Shown in pieces: positions 52,194 to 61,963 of a stretch of 64,000 bases of DNA. The notes beneath the pieces were generated by a model that saw only the letters and a program-made list of their open reading frames with translations, searched no databases and was not told the origin of the DNA. The position numbers and the translations under genes are program-made. Location: contig NZ_JANMCO010000046.1 in NCBI RefSeq assembly GCF_031361285.1, forward strand, positions 11,886-75,885. The letters are read 5' to 3'. The stretch is from Sphingomonas sp. (GTDB taxonomy: Bacteria > Pseudomonadota > Alphaproteobacteria > Sphingomonadales > Sphingomonadaceae). The stretch's first letter is position 1. Each line of letters starts with the position of its first letter.

Positions 52194-53575
52194 GCGAGCG
52201 AAAAGCGGGTCAACCGCACCGCCGGATCGGCTTCATCGAGACGAAGCTGGACGGACGTCCCGATCGCCAGGTCGTTGACCGCCACGCGGGTAATCACGGC
52301 GGGATCGGCAATTTGGATGCGCGCGCCGCGCTTCTTGTCGAAGTCCGTCACGGTGCCGGTGAACAGCTCGCCGACCCGGCACGCGAGCACAACCGCCTCG
52401 GCAAGTTCGAGGACGGCGCTGTCGACCTGCCCTGCCTTCGCATCGGCACGGTTCATGACGTCAGGCAAACGCGCGAAGGCCGCGGTGACACTGTCCGGCA
52501 CTGCTCGACCGTTGGCGACGGCCAGCGCCGCTTCGTTGATATATCGGTCGGCCAGCCGCCGCAGTGGCGCCGTCGCGTGGACGTAGGTTGCGCGCATCGC
52601 CGAGTGCCACGGTCGTTCGCCGGCATGGAACTGGGCATAGCTGGCATGGGACCCGGTGCGGCGAATGGCGAGCATGAACGCGGCCTGTTTGGCATCATTC
52701 GGATCGAGACCGCGCGCGCGGTCCTCAAGGCTCATCGCCTTCGGCCAGTCGACGCCGAGCGCCTTGGCGCTATGCCGCAATCTCCGGATCGCCCAATCGT
52801 CCGGCTCGGGCATCACTCGAAAAATGCCGGTGCCGTGCGCGTACAACGCCTCGCCTATGGCGAGGTTGGCGGCGAGCGACAGCGCGGCGTTTGCTTGCTC
52901 CATCGGGCTCATCGGCCGAAACTCGAGCGCGAAATTGCCATCGGCTTGCTCGATGACTTGCTGCTGTGGCGGGTCGACCCGTGAGGCGCCCCGCGCCTGC
53001 TCGGCCGCTGCAATGCGCCGCGACAGTTCGATGAAGCCAGCGGGCAGTTCCTCCGGCCGCACCGTCGCATAGCCAAGCTTGGCGCGGCTCTTGATGATCG
53101 CCCGCTCGGCACCGTCAAGACTTGTTGCACCGTCGTTGGCGATGCGCACGGCGTAGACAATCGCCGGCTGGGCGCCATCGGGCAGCAGGCTCGCCGCGCC
53201 TTCGCTAAGCGCACCAGGATACAGCCTGACCTTGTCGTCGGGCATGTAGATCGTCTCGCCGCGGACCCAGGCTTCGTTGTCGATCGGACCGCCGTCGGCA
53301 ACGAACCAGCCAATGTCGGCAATGGCGTAGCGCAAAATGAGGTCGCTTCCCGACGGCTCGATTGCGAAGGCCTGGTCGAGGTCGGTCGAGCTCGTCGGAT
53401 CGAGGGTGACAAAGGGAATATCGGTGCGATCGATGTGGTCGAACATCGGTTGGTGCGCCACAGACTCCGCCGCCGCCTTGATCTCGGGCGAAAAGTCGCC
53501 GGGCAGCTGAAACTGGGTGCGGACCGCCGCCAGCCCGTCGCTTAACGCCCGCGGGCGGTCGTAAATCGCCTTCAT
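52190..53575 (-). CDS. RNB-domain ribonuclease (short RNase II/R type)
   Basis: TLDPTSSTDLDQA, HATAPLRRLAD. Confidence 0.9.
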   Translation of the reverse strand: MKAIYDRPRALSDGLAAVRTQFQLPGDFSPEIKAAAESVAHQPMFDHIDRTDIPFVTLDPTSSTDLDQAFAIEPSGSDLILRYAIADIGWFVADGGPIDNEAWVRGETIYMPDDKVRLYPGALSEGAASLLPDGAQPAIVYAVRIANDGATSLDGAERAIIKSRAKLGYATVRPEELPAGFIELSRRIAAAEQARGASRVDPPQQQVIEQADGNFALEFRPMSPMEQANAALSLAANLAIGEALYAHGTGIFRVMPEPDDWAIRRLRHSAKALGVDWPKAMSLEDRARGLDPNDAKQAAFMLAIRRTGSHASYAQFHAGERPWHSAMRATYVHATAPLRRLADRYINEAALAVANGRAVPDSVTAAFARLPDVMNRADAKAGQVDSAVLELAEAVVLACRVGELFTGTVTDFDKKRGARIQIADPAVITRVAVNDLAIGTSVQLRLDEADPAVRLTRFSLA

Positions 53576-54819
53576 GACTTGATCATTGTAACTTGCGCGA
53601 CGTCGATTGCGCCGCCGCGAAATCCACCCTCGCAATACATCAGATAGTAGCGCCAAAGTCGGTGGAATTGCTGGTCGAATTCTTCCAGTTCGCGGCGTGC
53701 CACTGCGTCGTCATAGCGTCCCCGCCATAGCCTCAAAGTGGCGGCATAGTCGTGGGCAAACCCGTCCCGATGCTCCCACGACAGTCCAGCTCGCTTCGCG
53801 AGCGCCGCAAACTGCGGCTCATCGAGCAACATCCCGCCCGGAAAAATATAGGTCTGGATGAAGTCGGCGCTGACCGCATAACGCTTGAACAAGCGGTGAT
53901 CGATACTGATGAACTGCAACGCCGCGCGGCCGCCGGGCGTCAAATTGCGAGCGATTGCGTCAAGATAGGCGCCCCACCAGCGCAAGCCGACTCCTTCGAC
54001 CATCTCGACCGATGCGATCGCCTCGAATTGCCCCTTGGTTTCGCGGTAATCTTGTAGCTGAATCTCGACCCGATCTGACAGGCCCGCTTCAGCAATTTTG
54101 GCGTCCGCCCAGGCCTTTTGCCGCTCTGACAAAGTCAGGCCGACGACGGTCGCCCCGCGATTTGCCGCCGCGATTGCCAGGCTGCCCCAGCCGCAGCCGA
54201 TTTCGAGCAGCCGCTGCCCTGGCCGCAATTCCAGCCGATCGAGCAACAGCGCGATTTTGCGATGCTGCGCGGCCTCCAATGGCTGATCAGGGAACGCGAA
54301 CCGGGCCGAGGAATAGGTCATCGTTGGGTCAAGCCACGTCGCGTAGAAATCATTGCCGAGATCGTAATGCGCGGCGACGTTGGCCTTGGCTTTGCCGGGC
54401 GCATTGTCGCGCAGGCGATGGGAGAGCGCATTGATCCGGCGAAACAGCCCCTTGGCACGCCCAGACTCGCCGAGCGCAACGCCGTTCAACGAAAATAATT
54501 CGAAAATCGGTACCGGATCGGGGCTCGACCATTCGCCCAATGTCCATGCCTTATACCAGCCGACCGAGCCCGAGGTCGCCAGCCGCACCAGCGCCATCCA
54601 GCTCTTGAACTCGACGATCGCTCGTGGTCCCGGCGAGCGAAACCCGAGATTGCGCCGGCCGCCGTCCGGGAGCGTCGTTTCAATGCCGCCTTTCAGAAGC
54701 CCGGCATCAATCTCATCCAGCACGCGGTCGAACGCCGGCGCCATCAGGCGCGCAACTATGCCGCCCCCAACCGCAAAGCCGCGGTCCGCTTTCACCAGAT
54801 GTTCGCCACGACCCGCCAT
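53572..54819 (-). CDS. Cyclopropane-fatty-acyl-phospholipid synthase family methyltransferase
   Basis: AHYDLGNDFY, MTYSSA, LEIGCGWG, YIFPGG, YCEGGF. Confidence 0.92.
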   Translation of the reverse strand: MAGRGEHLVKADRGFAVGGGIVARLMAPAFDRVLDEIDAGLLKGGIETTLPDGGRRNLGFRSPGPRAIVEFKSWMALVRLATSGSVGWYKAWTLGEWSSPDPVPIFELFSLNGVALGESGRAKGLFRRINALSHRLRDNAPGKAKANVAAHYDLGNDFYATWLDPTMTYSSARFAFPDQPLEAAQHRKIALLLDRLELRPGQRLLEIGCGWGSLAIAAANRGATVVGLTLSERQKAWADAKIAEAGLSDRVEIQLQDYRETKGQFEAIASVEMVEGVGLRWWGAYLDAIARNLTPGGRAALQFISIDHRLFKRYAVSADFIQTYIFPGGMLLDEPQFAALAKRAGLSWEHRDGFAHDYAATLRLWRGRYDDAVARRELEEFDQQFHRLWRYYLMYCEGGFRGGAIDVAQVTMIKS

Positions 54820-54828
54820 GACGCTAGC

Positions 54829-55785
54829 CTAGCAGCCGGGGTCGCTGACTGGCACCACCGATTCGCGGGCCAGCCGTGATCGCCCACCTTGACCGTAGCG
54901 CGCATCGCCGATCGCCACCCGCGCCAAACAATGTTCGCGCCTGACGTCCGCCTGCGGCAGGATCGACCATTTGAGGAAACTCCGGAGCTGGGGATCCCGG
55001 CGGATCGCCTCGCGCACCAGCGGCTCGTTCATATTGGTCGCCGCACAACTGGATACGGCATGAAATCCGCCGTCGAGTGGGTCGAACAAGCTTCGGCGAT
55101 AGCAGTCGCCCTCGCGCCACACGAGGTCACGCCGCCAGAAGGCCACCGGCGGCGGCGACGCAAAAATGGCGTCGATGCGCCGCTCGCCCGCCCAGTTGCG
55201 AGCTGCCGCGTCAGCACGTTGCGTAATCAGTAGGTTGAGACCGATGTAGGCGAACACCAGTCCAATCGCTGCTTGCACCGGCCGCTGCCACGGCCGGCCT
55301 TGCTCCTCCCTTATGCGCGACCAGGCGATCGATCCGCCGAGCAGCAGCCAGATCCAGACATCGATGATGAACAAGGCGTCGGCATGAAACCAGGCGTTGG
55401 AGAAAGGCGACAGCAGCTGGATCGAATAGGTCGTCAGCAGGTCCATGAGCGGATGGGTGAGCGTCGCCAGATAGGCCAAAGCTAGCAGCCAGCCGGGCCG
55501 CATCGCCAGGCCGCTTTTGAACGTCGTGCCGCGCCCGACCTGCCAGCGATCGAGCAGCAACAACAGGGCCGCGAGCAGCGGCGGCATGACGATCAAGCCA
55601 CCGACCAGGCCATGGGTGAAGCCGCGGTGCATCGCCAGCGGCGCCCACCCGATCCGCCCGAAGAAGATGTCGATGTCGGGCATGTTGGCGCCGAGAATCA
55701 GCACCGCCAGCCCCTTGCGCGTCCGCATCTTGAGCCCAGCCTGGCCCAGCGCCCAGCCCGTCAGTGAATGCGTGATATTGTCCAA
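54829..55785 (-). CDS. Membrane metal-dependent hydrolase (YdjM-like)
   Basis: DNITHSL, NMPDID, HRGFTH, THPLMD. Confidence 0.88.
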   Translation of the reverse strand: MDNITHSLTGWALGQAGLKMRTRKGLAVLILGANMPDIDIFFGRIGWAPLAMHRGFTHGLVGGLIVMPPLLAALLLLLDRWQVGRGTTFKSGLAMRPGWLLALAYLATLTHPLMDLLTTYSIQLLSPFSNAWFHADALFIIDVWIWLLLGGSIAWSRIREEQGRPWQRPVQAAIGLVFAYIGLNLLITQRADAAARNWAGERRIDAIFASPPPVAFWRRDLVWREGDCYRRSLFDPLDGGFHAVSSCAATNMNEPLVREAIRRDPQLRSFLKWSILPQADVRREHCLARVAIGDARYGQGGRSRLARESVVPVSDPGC

Positions 55786-55799
55786 TTACTGCCGGTCGC

Positions 55800-56813
55800 T
55801 CACTCGGCGCGCGGTTCTTTCTCGACCATCCAGCTTTGGCCTTTGGACACCAGCGCTTGCAGATCGGGCGTCTTGCCCTTCGCCGCTGCCTGATTCTGCT
55901 CGGCGACGCTGCTTTCGAAGGTCGGCGCGGGGTCTTCGTAAATCACGCCGAGCGCGACCGGGAATCCCTGCTCGGGCAGTTCGATCAGCATCGCCGCCAC
56001 CCCGCGGTTCTTCGGATCATGCACCAGCACCGACGGATCGTCGGCCTCGACCACCTTGAGCACCAGCCGCTCGGCGTCGAGCGCGATGCCCTTGGTGCCG
56101 GCCGCGAACAACATCTTCTCGCCGGCCTGCAGCCACAATTGCCGCTCGGCCGAGAAATCGCGCGCAGTGAACGACGCGAACACGTCGTCATTATAAACGA
56201 TGCAATTCTGGTAGATTTCGACGAAGCTCGCGCCACGGTGGGCGTGCGCCGCCTTCAAGACGTCGGGCAGGCTTTTGTGGACATCGATGCCGCGCGCGAT
56301 GAATCGCGCTCCGGAACCCAATGCGAACATGCACGGCGACACCGGCCGGTCGACCGACCCGAACGGCGTCGACGGGCTGCGCGTGCCGATGCGCGACGTC
56401 GGCGAATATTGCCCCTTGGTCAGCCCGTAAATCTCGTTGTTGAACAGCAGAATCTGGCAGTCGAGGTTGCGCCGCAGCACATGCATCGTGTGGTTGCCGC
56501 CGATCGACAGCGCGTCGCCGTCGCCGGTGATGATCCACACGTCGAGCTCCGGGTTGGCGAGCTTGATCCCGGTCGCGAACGCTGGCGCGCGGCCGTGGAT
56601 GGTGTGAAAGCCGTAGGTCGCCATATAATAAGGAAAGCGGCTCGAGCAGCCGATGCCGCTGACGAACACCGTCTTTTCGCGCGCGACGCCGAGGTCGGGC
56701 ATGGTCCGTTGCACCGCCTTCAACACCGCATAGTCGCCGCAGCCCGGGCACCAGCGCACTTCCTGGTCGCTCGCCCAATCCTTGGCGGTGGTGACGGCGG
56801 TCATCTCGTTCAT
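55800..56813 (-). CDS. 2-oxoacid:ferredoxin oxidoreductase beta subunit
   Basis: WCPGCGD, SGIGCSS, GDGD, YGLTKGQYSPT. Confidence 0.95.
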   Translation of the reverse strand: MNEMTAVTTAKDWASDQEVRWCPGCGDYAVLKAVQRTMPDLGVAREKTVFVSGIGCSSRFPYYMATYGFHTIHGRAPAFATGIKLANPELDVWIITGDGDALSIGGNHTMHVLRRNLDCQILLFNNEIYGLTKGQYSPTSRIGTRSPSTPFGSVDRPVSPCMFALGSGARFIARGIDVHKSLPDVLKAAHAHRGASFVEIYQNCIVYNDDVFASFTARDFSAERQLWLQAGEKMLFAAGTKGIALDAERLVLKVVEADDPSVLVHDPKNRGVAAMLIELPEQGFPVALGVIYEDPAPTFESSVAEQNQAAAKGKTPDLQALVSKGQSWMVEKEPRAE

Positions 56814-56896
56814 CGCCCAACTCCCGCCAGCCAGCCGATCAGCACCACGACGACGACCAGCATCAGGATCATTGGCCAGGGATTGATCTGTCTCAC
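56810..56896 (-). CDS. 28-aa hydrophobic peptide between the oxidoreductase subunits (not in ORF track)
   Basis: GTG-start MRQINPWPMILMLVVVVVLIGWLAGVGR*; GTGA overlap with the alpha stop and ATGA overlap with the beta start. Confidence 0.7.
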   Translation of the reverse strand: MRQINPWPMILMLVVVVVLIGWLAGVGR

Positions 56897-58824
56897 GGGG
56901 TCGGACCTTCGCTAAGTTCACTAATGTCTTGCAGACGGGGGCCATTTTCGTGAACTTTAGCGATTGCCGCCTCGATCTCCGCGATGCGGAACGGCTGCCC
57001 GCTGACTTTCGACAGCGATTGTGCATCGACCAGGAACAGGTCGCGAAGCACGGTCTTCAATTGGCCGCTGTTCATCTCGGGGACGAGGATATGCCGGAAG
57101 CCCCGCAATAGGACAGCCATATTTTTCGGCATCGGGACGATGTGGCGAATGTGGATGTGGCTGACGCTGAGGCCACGCAGGCGAGCACGGCGCACCGCCT
57201 GGTGGATCGGCCCGAAGGTCGAGCCCCATCCGACCACCGCGAGCTCGCCTTTGTCCTCGCCCAGGCACACCTGCTGGTCGGGGATCGAGTGCACCACCCC
57301 CGCGACCTTGGCCGCCCGCACCCGGGTCATCTCGGCGTGGGCTTCGGGGCTATAGTCGATGTTGCCCGTGCCCGGTGCCTTCTCGATCCCGCCGATGCGG
57401 TGTTCGAGCCCGGCTGTGCCAGGCTTAATCCACGGCCGCGCCAGTTCGTCGTTGCGCGCAAACGGCATGACCGGCTCGCCTGCGGCTGGCGGCTGGTCGA
57501 AGAATGCGACCGGGAACGGCGCATAACCCGTCATGTCGGGCACTTTCCATGGCTCGGCGGCATTGGCGATGTAACCATCGGTCAGCAGCATCACCGGGGT
57601 CATGTAACGGGTCGCGATCCGCACCGCCTCGATCGCGCATTCGAACGCGTCGGACGGCGAGCGCGCGGCGATGACTGGCAGGGGGCTATCCGCGTTGCGG
57701 CCATAAACCGCCTGGTAGAGGTCCGATTGCTCGGTCTTGGTCGGCAGGCCGGTCGACGGGCCGCCGCGCTGCGAATTGACCACCACCAGCGGCAGCTCGG
57801 TCATCACCGCCAGCCCGATGCCCTCGGTCTTGAGCGCGATTCCCGGCCCCGACGATGAGGTCACGCCGAGCTGTCCGGCATAGGACGCGCCAATCGCCGC
57901 GCAGACCGCCGCGATCTCGTCCTCCGCTTGGAAGGTGGTGATGCCGAATTCCTTCAGCCGCGCCAGATGATGCAGCAGCGGCGACGCCGGGGTGATCGGA
58001 TAGGAGCCGAAGAACATCTTGAGCCCGGCCAGCTGCGCGCCCGCGACCAGCCCGACCGACAGCGCCTCGGCGCCGGTGACGGTGCGATAAAGGCCCGGCT
58101 CGGCCGGCGCCGCGTCGATGTGGTGGCGGCGGACCGGCGTGCCAATTTCCACCGTCTCGCCATAAGCATGGCCGGCGTTCAACGCGGCGATATTGGCTTC
58201 GGCGAGCTCGGGCGCTTTGGCGAATTTGGTCTTGAGCCAGTCGACAATCGGCGCGCGATCGCGGTCGAACATCCATAGCGCCAGGCCCAGCGTCCACATG
58301 TTCTTGCAGCGCAGCGCCTCCTTGTTGCCAAGGCCGACGTGCTTCACCGCTTCGACCGTCAACTGCGAGATATTGAAGTGGACCAGCTGCCATTTGGCCA
58401 GACTGCCGTCCTCGAGCGGGCTCGCGTCATATCCGGCCTTGGCGAGGTTGCGCTGCGTAAACTCGCCATCGTCGACGATGATCAGCCCGCCTTCGCGCAG
58501 CTCATTCACATTCACCTTGAGTGCCGCCGGGTTCATCGCGATCAGCACATCGGGCTGGTCACCGGCGGTGTCGATCGCGCACGAACCGAAGTTGATCTGG
58601 AACGCCGAGACGCCGAACGTCGTACCTTGCGGCGCGCGGATTTCCGCCGGAAAATCGGGAAATGTCGCCAGATCGTTGCCGGCCAGCGCGGTCGACAAAG
58701 TGAACTGCCCGCCGGTCAGCTGCATCCCGTCGCCGCTGTCGCCGGCAAAGCGGACGACAACCGCCTCCATCGCCGGATGCGCGTCAGCTTCGGTTTGAGT
58801 CAGCAAATGCGTGGCGGTCGCCAT
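56893..58824 (-). CDS. 2-oxoacid:ferredoxin oxidoreductase alpha subunit (gamma-alpha fusion)
   Basis: FAGDSGDG, YPITP, EDEIAA, QRGGPSTGLPT. Confidence 0.95.
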   Translation of the reverse strand: MATATHLLTQTEADAHPAMEAVVVRFAGDSGDGMQLTGGQFTLSTALAGNDLATFPDFPAEIRAPQGTTFGVSAFQINFGSCAIDTAGDQPDVLIAMNPAALKVNVNELREGGLIIVDDGEFTQRNLAKAGYDASPLEDGSLAKWQLVHFNISQLTVEAVKHVGLGNKEALRCKNMWTLGLALWMFDRDRAPIVDWLKTKFAKAPELAEANIAALNAGHAYGETVEIGTPVRRHHIDAAPAEPGLYRTVTGAEALSVGLVAGAQLAGLKMFFGSYPITPASPLLHHLARLKEFGITTFQAEDEIAAVCAAIGASYAGQLGVTSSSGPGIALKTEGIGLAVMTELPLVVVNSQRGGPSTGLPTKTEQSDLYQAVYGRNADSPLPVIAARSPSDAFECAIEAVRIATRYMTPVMLLTDGYIANAAEPWKVPDMTGYAPFPVAFFDQPPAAGEPVMPFARNDELARPWIKPGTAGLEHRIGGIEKAPGTGNIDYSPEAHAEMTRVRAAKVAGVVHSIPDQQVCLGEDKGELAVVGWGSTFGPIHQAVRRARLRGLSVSHIHIRHIVPMPKNMAVLLRGFRHILVPEMNSGQLKTVLRDLFLVDAQSLSKVSGQPFRIAEIEAAIAKVHENGPRLQDISELSEGPTP

Positions 58825-58870
58825 AAGAGTCCTGAATCGTTCGCTTCTGCTGCCTTTAGCCCCGCTCTTT

Positions 58871-58936
58871 CGTCATTGCGAGCGCCGAAGACGCGCGGCA
58901 ATCTAGCTGGATTGCTTCGTTCCGCTCGCAATGACG
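58871..58936. repeat. Alphaproteobacterial REP/RIME-like palindromic element
   Basis: CGTCATTGCGAGCG...GCAATC...GATTGC...CGCTCGCAATGACG; 14-bp terminal inverted repeat. Confidence 0.8.
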
Positions 58937-58950
58937 GCTAAGGCACGTCC

Positions 58951-59421
58951 ATGACCGACGACCACCTGTACCGCCGCGGGGTCGGCGTCATGTTGCTCAA
59001 TGCGCGCAAGCGGATCTGGATCGGGCGGCGGATCGATAATAGTGACGATGCCTGGCAGATGCCCCAAGGCGGGATCGACGCCGGCGAGGAACCGTGGGCG
59101 ACCGCCTTGCGCGAACTGGAGGAGGAGACGGGCATCCCGCCGCACCTCGTCGAACGCGTCGCCGAATGCCCGGAACGTTTGCGTTATGACCTCCCGCCAA
59201 AGCTCCGCGGGATACTTTGGGGCGGCAAGTGGAAAGGGCAGCTCCAGGACTGGTACCTGTGTCGCTTCCTCGGCAGCGAAAGCGACGTCAACATCGCCAC
59301 CAAACACCCCGAATTCAACGACTGGAAATGGGTCGAGCCAAGCGCGCTCCCCGACCTGATCGTTCCGTTCAAGCGCGATTTGTATCGCCGCCTGATCGCG
59401 GAATTCGCGGAGTATCTCTAA
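58951..59421 (+). CDS. rppH: RNA pyrophosphohydrolase
   Basis: YRRGVG, WQMPQGGID, ALRELEEETG Nudix box, IVPFKR. Confidence 0.95.
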   Translation: MTDDHLYRRGVGVMLLNARKRIWIGRRIDNSDDAWQMPQGGIDAGEEPWATALRELEEETGIPPHLVERVAECPERLRYDLPPKLRGILWGGKWKGQLQDWYLCRFLGSESDVNIATKHPEFNDWKWVEPSALPDLIVPFKRDLYRRLIAEFAEYL

Positions 59422-59444
59422 CGCAGCTGCCTGTCTGGCAGCCG

Positions 59445-59609
59445 TTACCAGCAGCGCGTGGCCTCCAGGCGGCGGCGCGCCGCTTGCAATGACGCAATCT
59501 CCTCCAGAGCTTCGGCGATTTTCACCAGCAGCCTGGATTCGACACCACTGAATCCCGCTGCCTGGACACGGCATCCCTGCGCGTCGTTAATCAATTTAAA
59601 CGAGGTCAT
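59445..59609 (-). CDS. 54-aa hypothetical protein
   Basis: GGAG RBS 6 nt before ATG; fills an intergenic gap; helical. Confidence 0.5.
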   Translation of the reverse strand: MTSFKLINDAQGCRVQAAGFSGVESRLLVKIAEALEEIASLQAARRRLEATRCW

Positions 59610-59743
59610 GGCAATCTCCGGTATCAATGGTCGACACATGAGGTACGGCGCGGAACCGTGCCTGGATGCGCGAGCCAGCGGCATTTCAGGAGCAGCAATG
59701 GCTGGTGTGGCGTTCGCGCGGGCGGCTCGCTAGGAGTGCCGCC

Positions 59744-60949
59744 ATGCGAGCCCTATCGACCACCGAACAATCCGCCGTCGACCGCGCCGCGGCCGAGCCG
59801 ATGTTGGCGCAAGTCGAGGCGTGGGCGGCTATCAACAGCGGCTCACGCAACCTCGCCGGGCTGGCCACGGTCGCCGGCCACATCGCCGACGCTTTCGCCG
59901 CTCTCCCTGGCGTGCTCGCACTAGTCGACCCGACGCCGGTCGATGAGGTCGACAATGCCGGGCGCAGCGCCCCGCGCGACCATGGCCGCAACCTCCATTT
60001 GAAAGTCCGGCCCGACGCACCGGTGCAGTTGCTGCTGACCGGTCACATGGACACCGTGTTTGCCGTCGACCACCCGTTCCAGGCGCTGACCTGGCTTGAG
60101 GACGGGGTGCTAGGCGGCCCCGGCGTCGCCGACATGAAGGGCGGCATCGCGGTTATGCTGGCGGCGCTGAAAGCCGTCGAAGCCGGCGGCATTCCGAACC
60201 TTGGCTATGAAGTCATCATCAACAGCGATGAGGAAGTCGGATCGGCCGGATCGGCGGCGCTGATCGCGGCGTCGGCGCGGGGCAAGCGCGCGGCGCTGAC
60301 TTACGAACCTTCGGCGCTTCCCGATGGGACATTGGCCGGCGCCCGCCCAGGCAGCGGCAATTTCAGCTTCACCGTGCGCGGCCGCTCGGCGCACGCCGGC
60401 CGCAACCCCGAGGACGGCCGCAATGCCTTGCTCGCCGCGGCCGACCTCGCGCTGCGGCTCGAAGCGGCGAAGCGGCCCGGGCTGAACATCAACCCCGCCA
60501 GGATCGACGGCGGCGGCCCGACCAATGTTGTTCCCGACCTCGCCATCCTGCGCGTCAATCTGCGGCCGGCAACACCCGACGATGAATTGCGCGCCAAGGC
60601 GCTGATCGAAGCCACCGTCGCCACGGTCGCCGCCGGGCATGATGTCGCGATCGCCATCCACGGCAGCTTCGGCCGCCCGCCGAAGCCAATGACGCCCGAG
60701 GCCGAAGCCCTGTTCACGCTGGTCAAGCAGGCCGGCGCCGACCTTGGCCAGGCGATCGGCTGGCAAGCGACCGGTGGCGTTTGCGACGGCAATAACATCG
60801 CCGCCTGCGGCGTGCCGGTAGTCGACACGATGGGCGTGCGCGGCGGCAAGATTCACAGCCCGCAAGAATATCTCATCGCCGACAGCCTGAGCGAGCGCGC
60901 CGCCTTGTCCGCGCTGACCCTGCTTCGCCTCGCGGATGGCCGGCTATGA
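59744..60949 (+). CDS. M20 family metallohydrolase
   Basis: GHMDTV, GVADMKGG, DEEVGS, GGVCDGN. Confidence 0.9.
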   Translation: MRALSTTEQSAVDRAAAEPMLAQVEAWAAINSGSRNLAGLATVAGHIADAFAALPGVLALVDPTPVDEVDNAGRSAPRDHGRNLHLKVRPDAPVQLLLTGHMDTVFAVDHPFQALTWLEDGVLGGPGVADMKGGIAVMLAALKAVEAGGIPNLGYEVIINSDEEVGSAGSAALIAASARGKRAALTYEPSALPDGTLAGARPGSGNFSFTVRGRSAHAGRNPEDGRNALLAAADLALRLEAAKRPGLNINPARIDGGGPTNVVPDLAILRVNLRPATPDDELRAKALIEATVATVAAGHDVAIAIHGSFGRPPKPMTPEAEALFTLVKQAGADLGQAIGWQATGGVCDGNNIAACGVPVVDTMGVRGGKIHSPQEYLIADSLSERAALSALTLLRLADGRL

Positions 60950-61962
60950 GCTTTCGCGTGCGAGCGGCGCGCGGCGATGATTTCGACGCGATTTACGAGA
61001 TGGCCAAGCTCACCGGCGGCGGATTCACCAACCTGCCGGCCGACCGCGATACACTGGTCGAAAAGCTCGCGCGCTCGGACCGGTCGTTCGCAAGGACGAC
61101 CGACGAACAGGCCGGCGACCTCTACATGTTCGTGCTCGAGGATCCGGCGGCGGGCATCATTCGCGGCACCTGCCAGGTTTTCGGCAAGGTCGGGGTCGTT
61201 CAGCCGTTCTACAGCTATAATTTGAGCACCCTCACCCAAAGCAGCCCCGAACTCGGCAAGACCTTCCACAACCAGATGCTGAGCCTGACCACCGATCTCG
61301 AAGGCTGCTCCGAGGTTGGCGGCCTGTTCCTGCACCCGGAAACCCGCTCGGGCGGCTGGGGCGCGCTGATTGCCCGCAGTCGCTATTTGTTCATGAAACA
61401 GCACCGATCGCGCTTTGGCGACCGCACTTTGGCCGAACTTCGCGGGGTGATGGACGGGGCCGGCAATTCGCCGTTCTGGGATGGACTCGCCGGGCGCTTC
61501 TTCGACATGAGCTTTCCCGAGGCCGATCGCTTCAATGCCATGCACGGGACGCGATTCATCGCCGATCTGATGCCGCGGACGCCGATCTATGTGGCGCTGC
61601 TCGATGACGCCGCCAAAGCGGTCATCGGCTTGCCGCATCCGTCCGGCATGGGGGCGCTGCGGATGCTCGAGGAAGAAGGCTTCCTGTTCGACCGTTATGT
61701 CGACATTTTCGATGGCGGCCCGACCGTCCTCGCGCCCACCGATCGCATCAAAACCGTCCGTGAATCGGCATCAGAGACGGTGCTTGAGATCAGCGAGGGC
61801 GGCAAACAATCGACGATCCTCGCCACCGGCAAGCTGCATGATTTTGTCGCCTGCAAGGCCAGCGTCAAACGCGTGCCGCGCAAGGGCCTGATCATCGACG
61901 CCGAAGCGGCGCGGTTGCTCGGAGTAAAGGCCGGCGACGTCGTTCTCGCGGTCGCCCGCTGA
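60946..61962 (+). CDS. astA: Arginine N-succinyltransferase
   Basis: GFTNLP, SEVGGLFL, AELRG, SPFW, VDIFDGGP. Confidence 0.93.
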   Translation: MSFRVRAARGDDFDAIYEMAKLTGGGFTNLPADRDTLVEKLARSDRSFARTTDEQAGDLYMFVLEDPAAGIIRGTCQVFGKVGVVQPFYSYNLSTLTQSSPELGKTFHNQMLSLTTDLEGCSEVGGLFLHPETRSGGWGALIARSRYLFMKQHRSRFGDRTLAELRGVMDGAGNSPFWDGLAGRFFDMSFPEADRFNAMHGTRFIADLMPRTPIYVALLDDAAKAVIGLPHPSGMGALRMLEEEGFLFDRYVDIFDGGPTVLAPTDRIKTVRESASETVLEISEGGKQSTILATGKLHDFVACKASVKRVPRKGLIIDAEAARLLGVKAGDVVLAVAR

Positions 61963-61963
61963 C

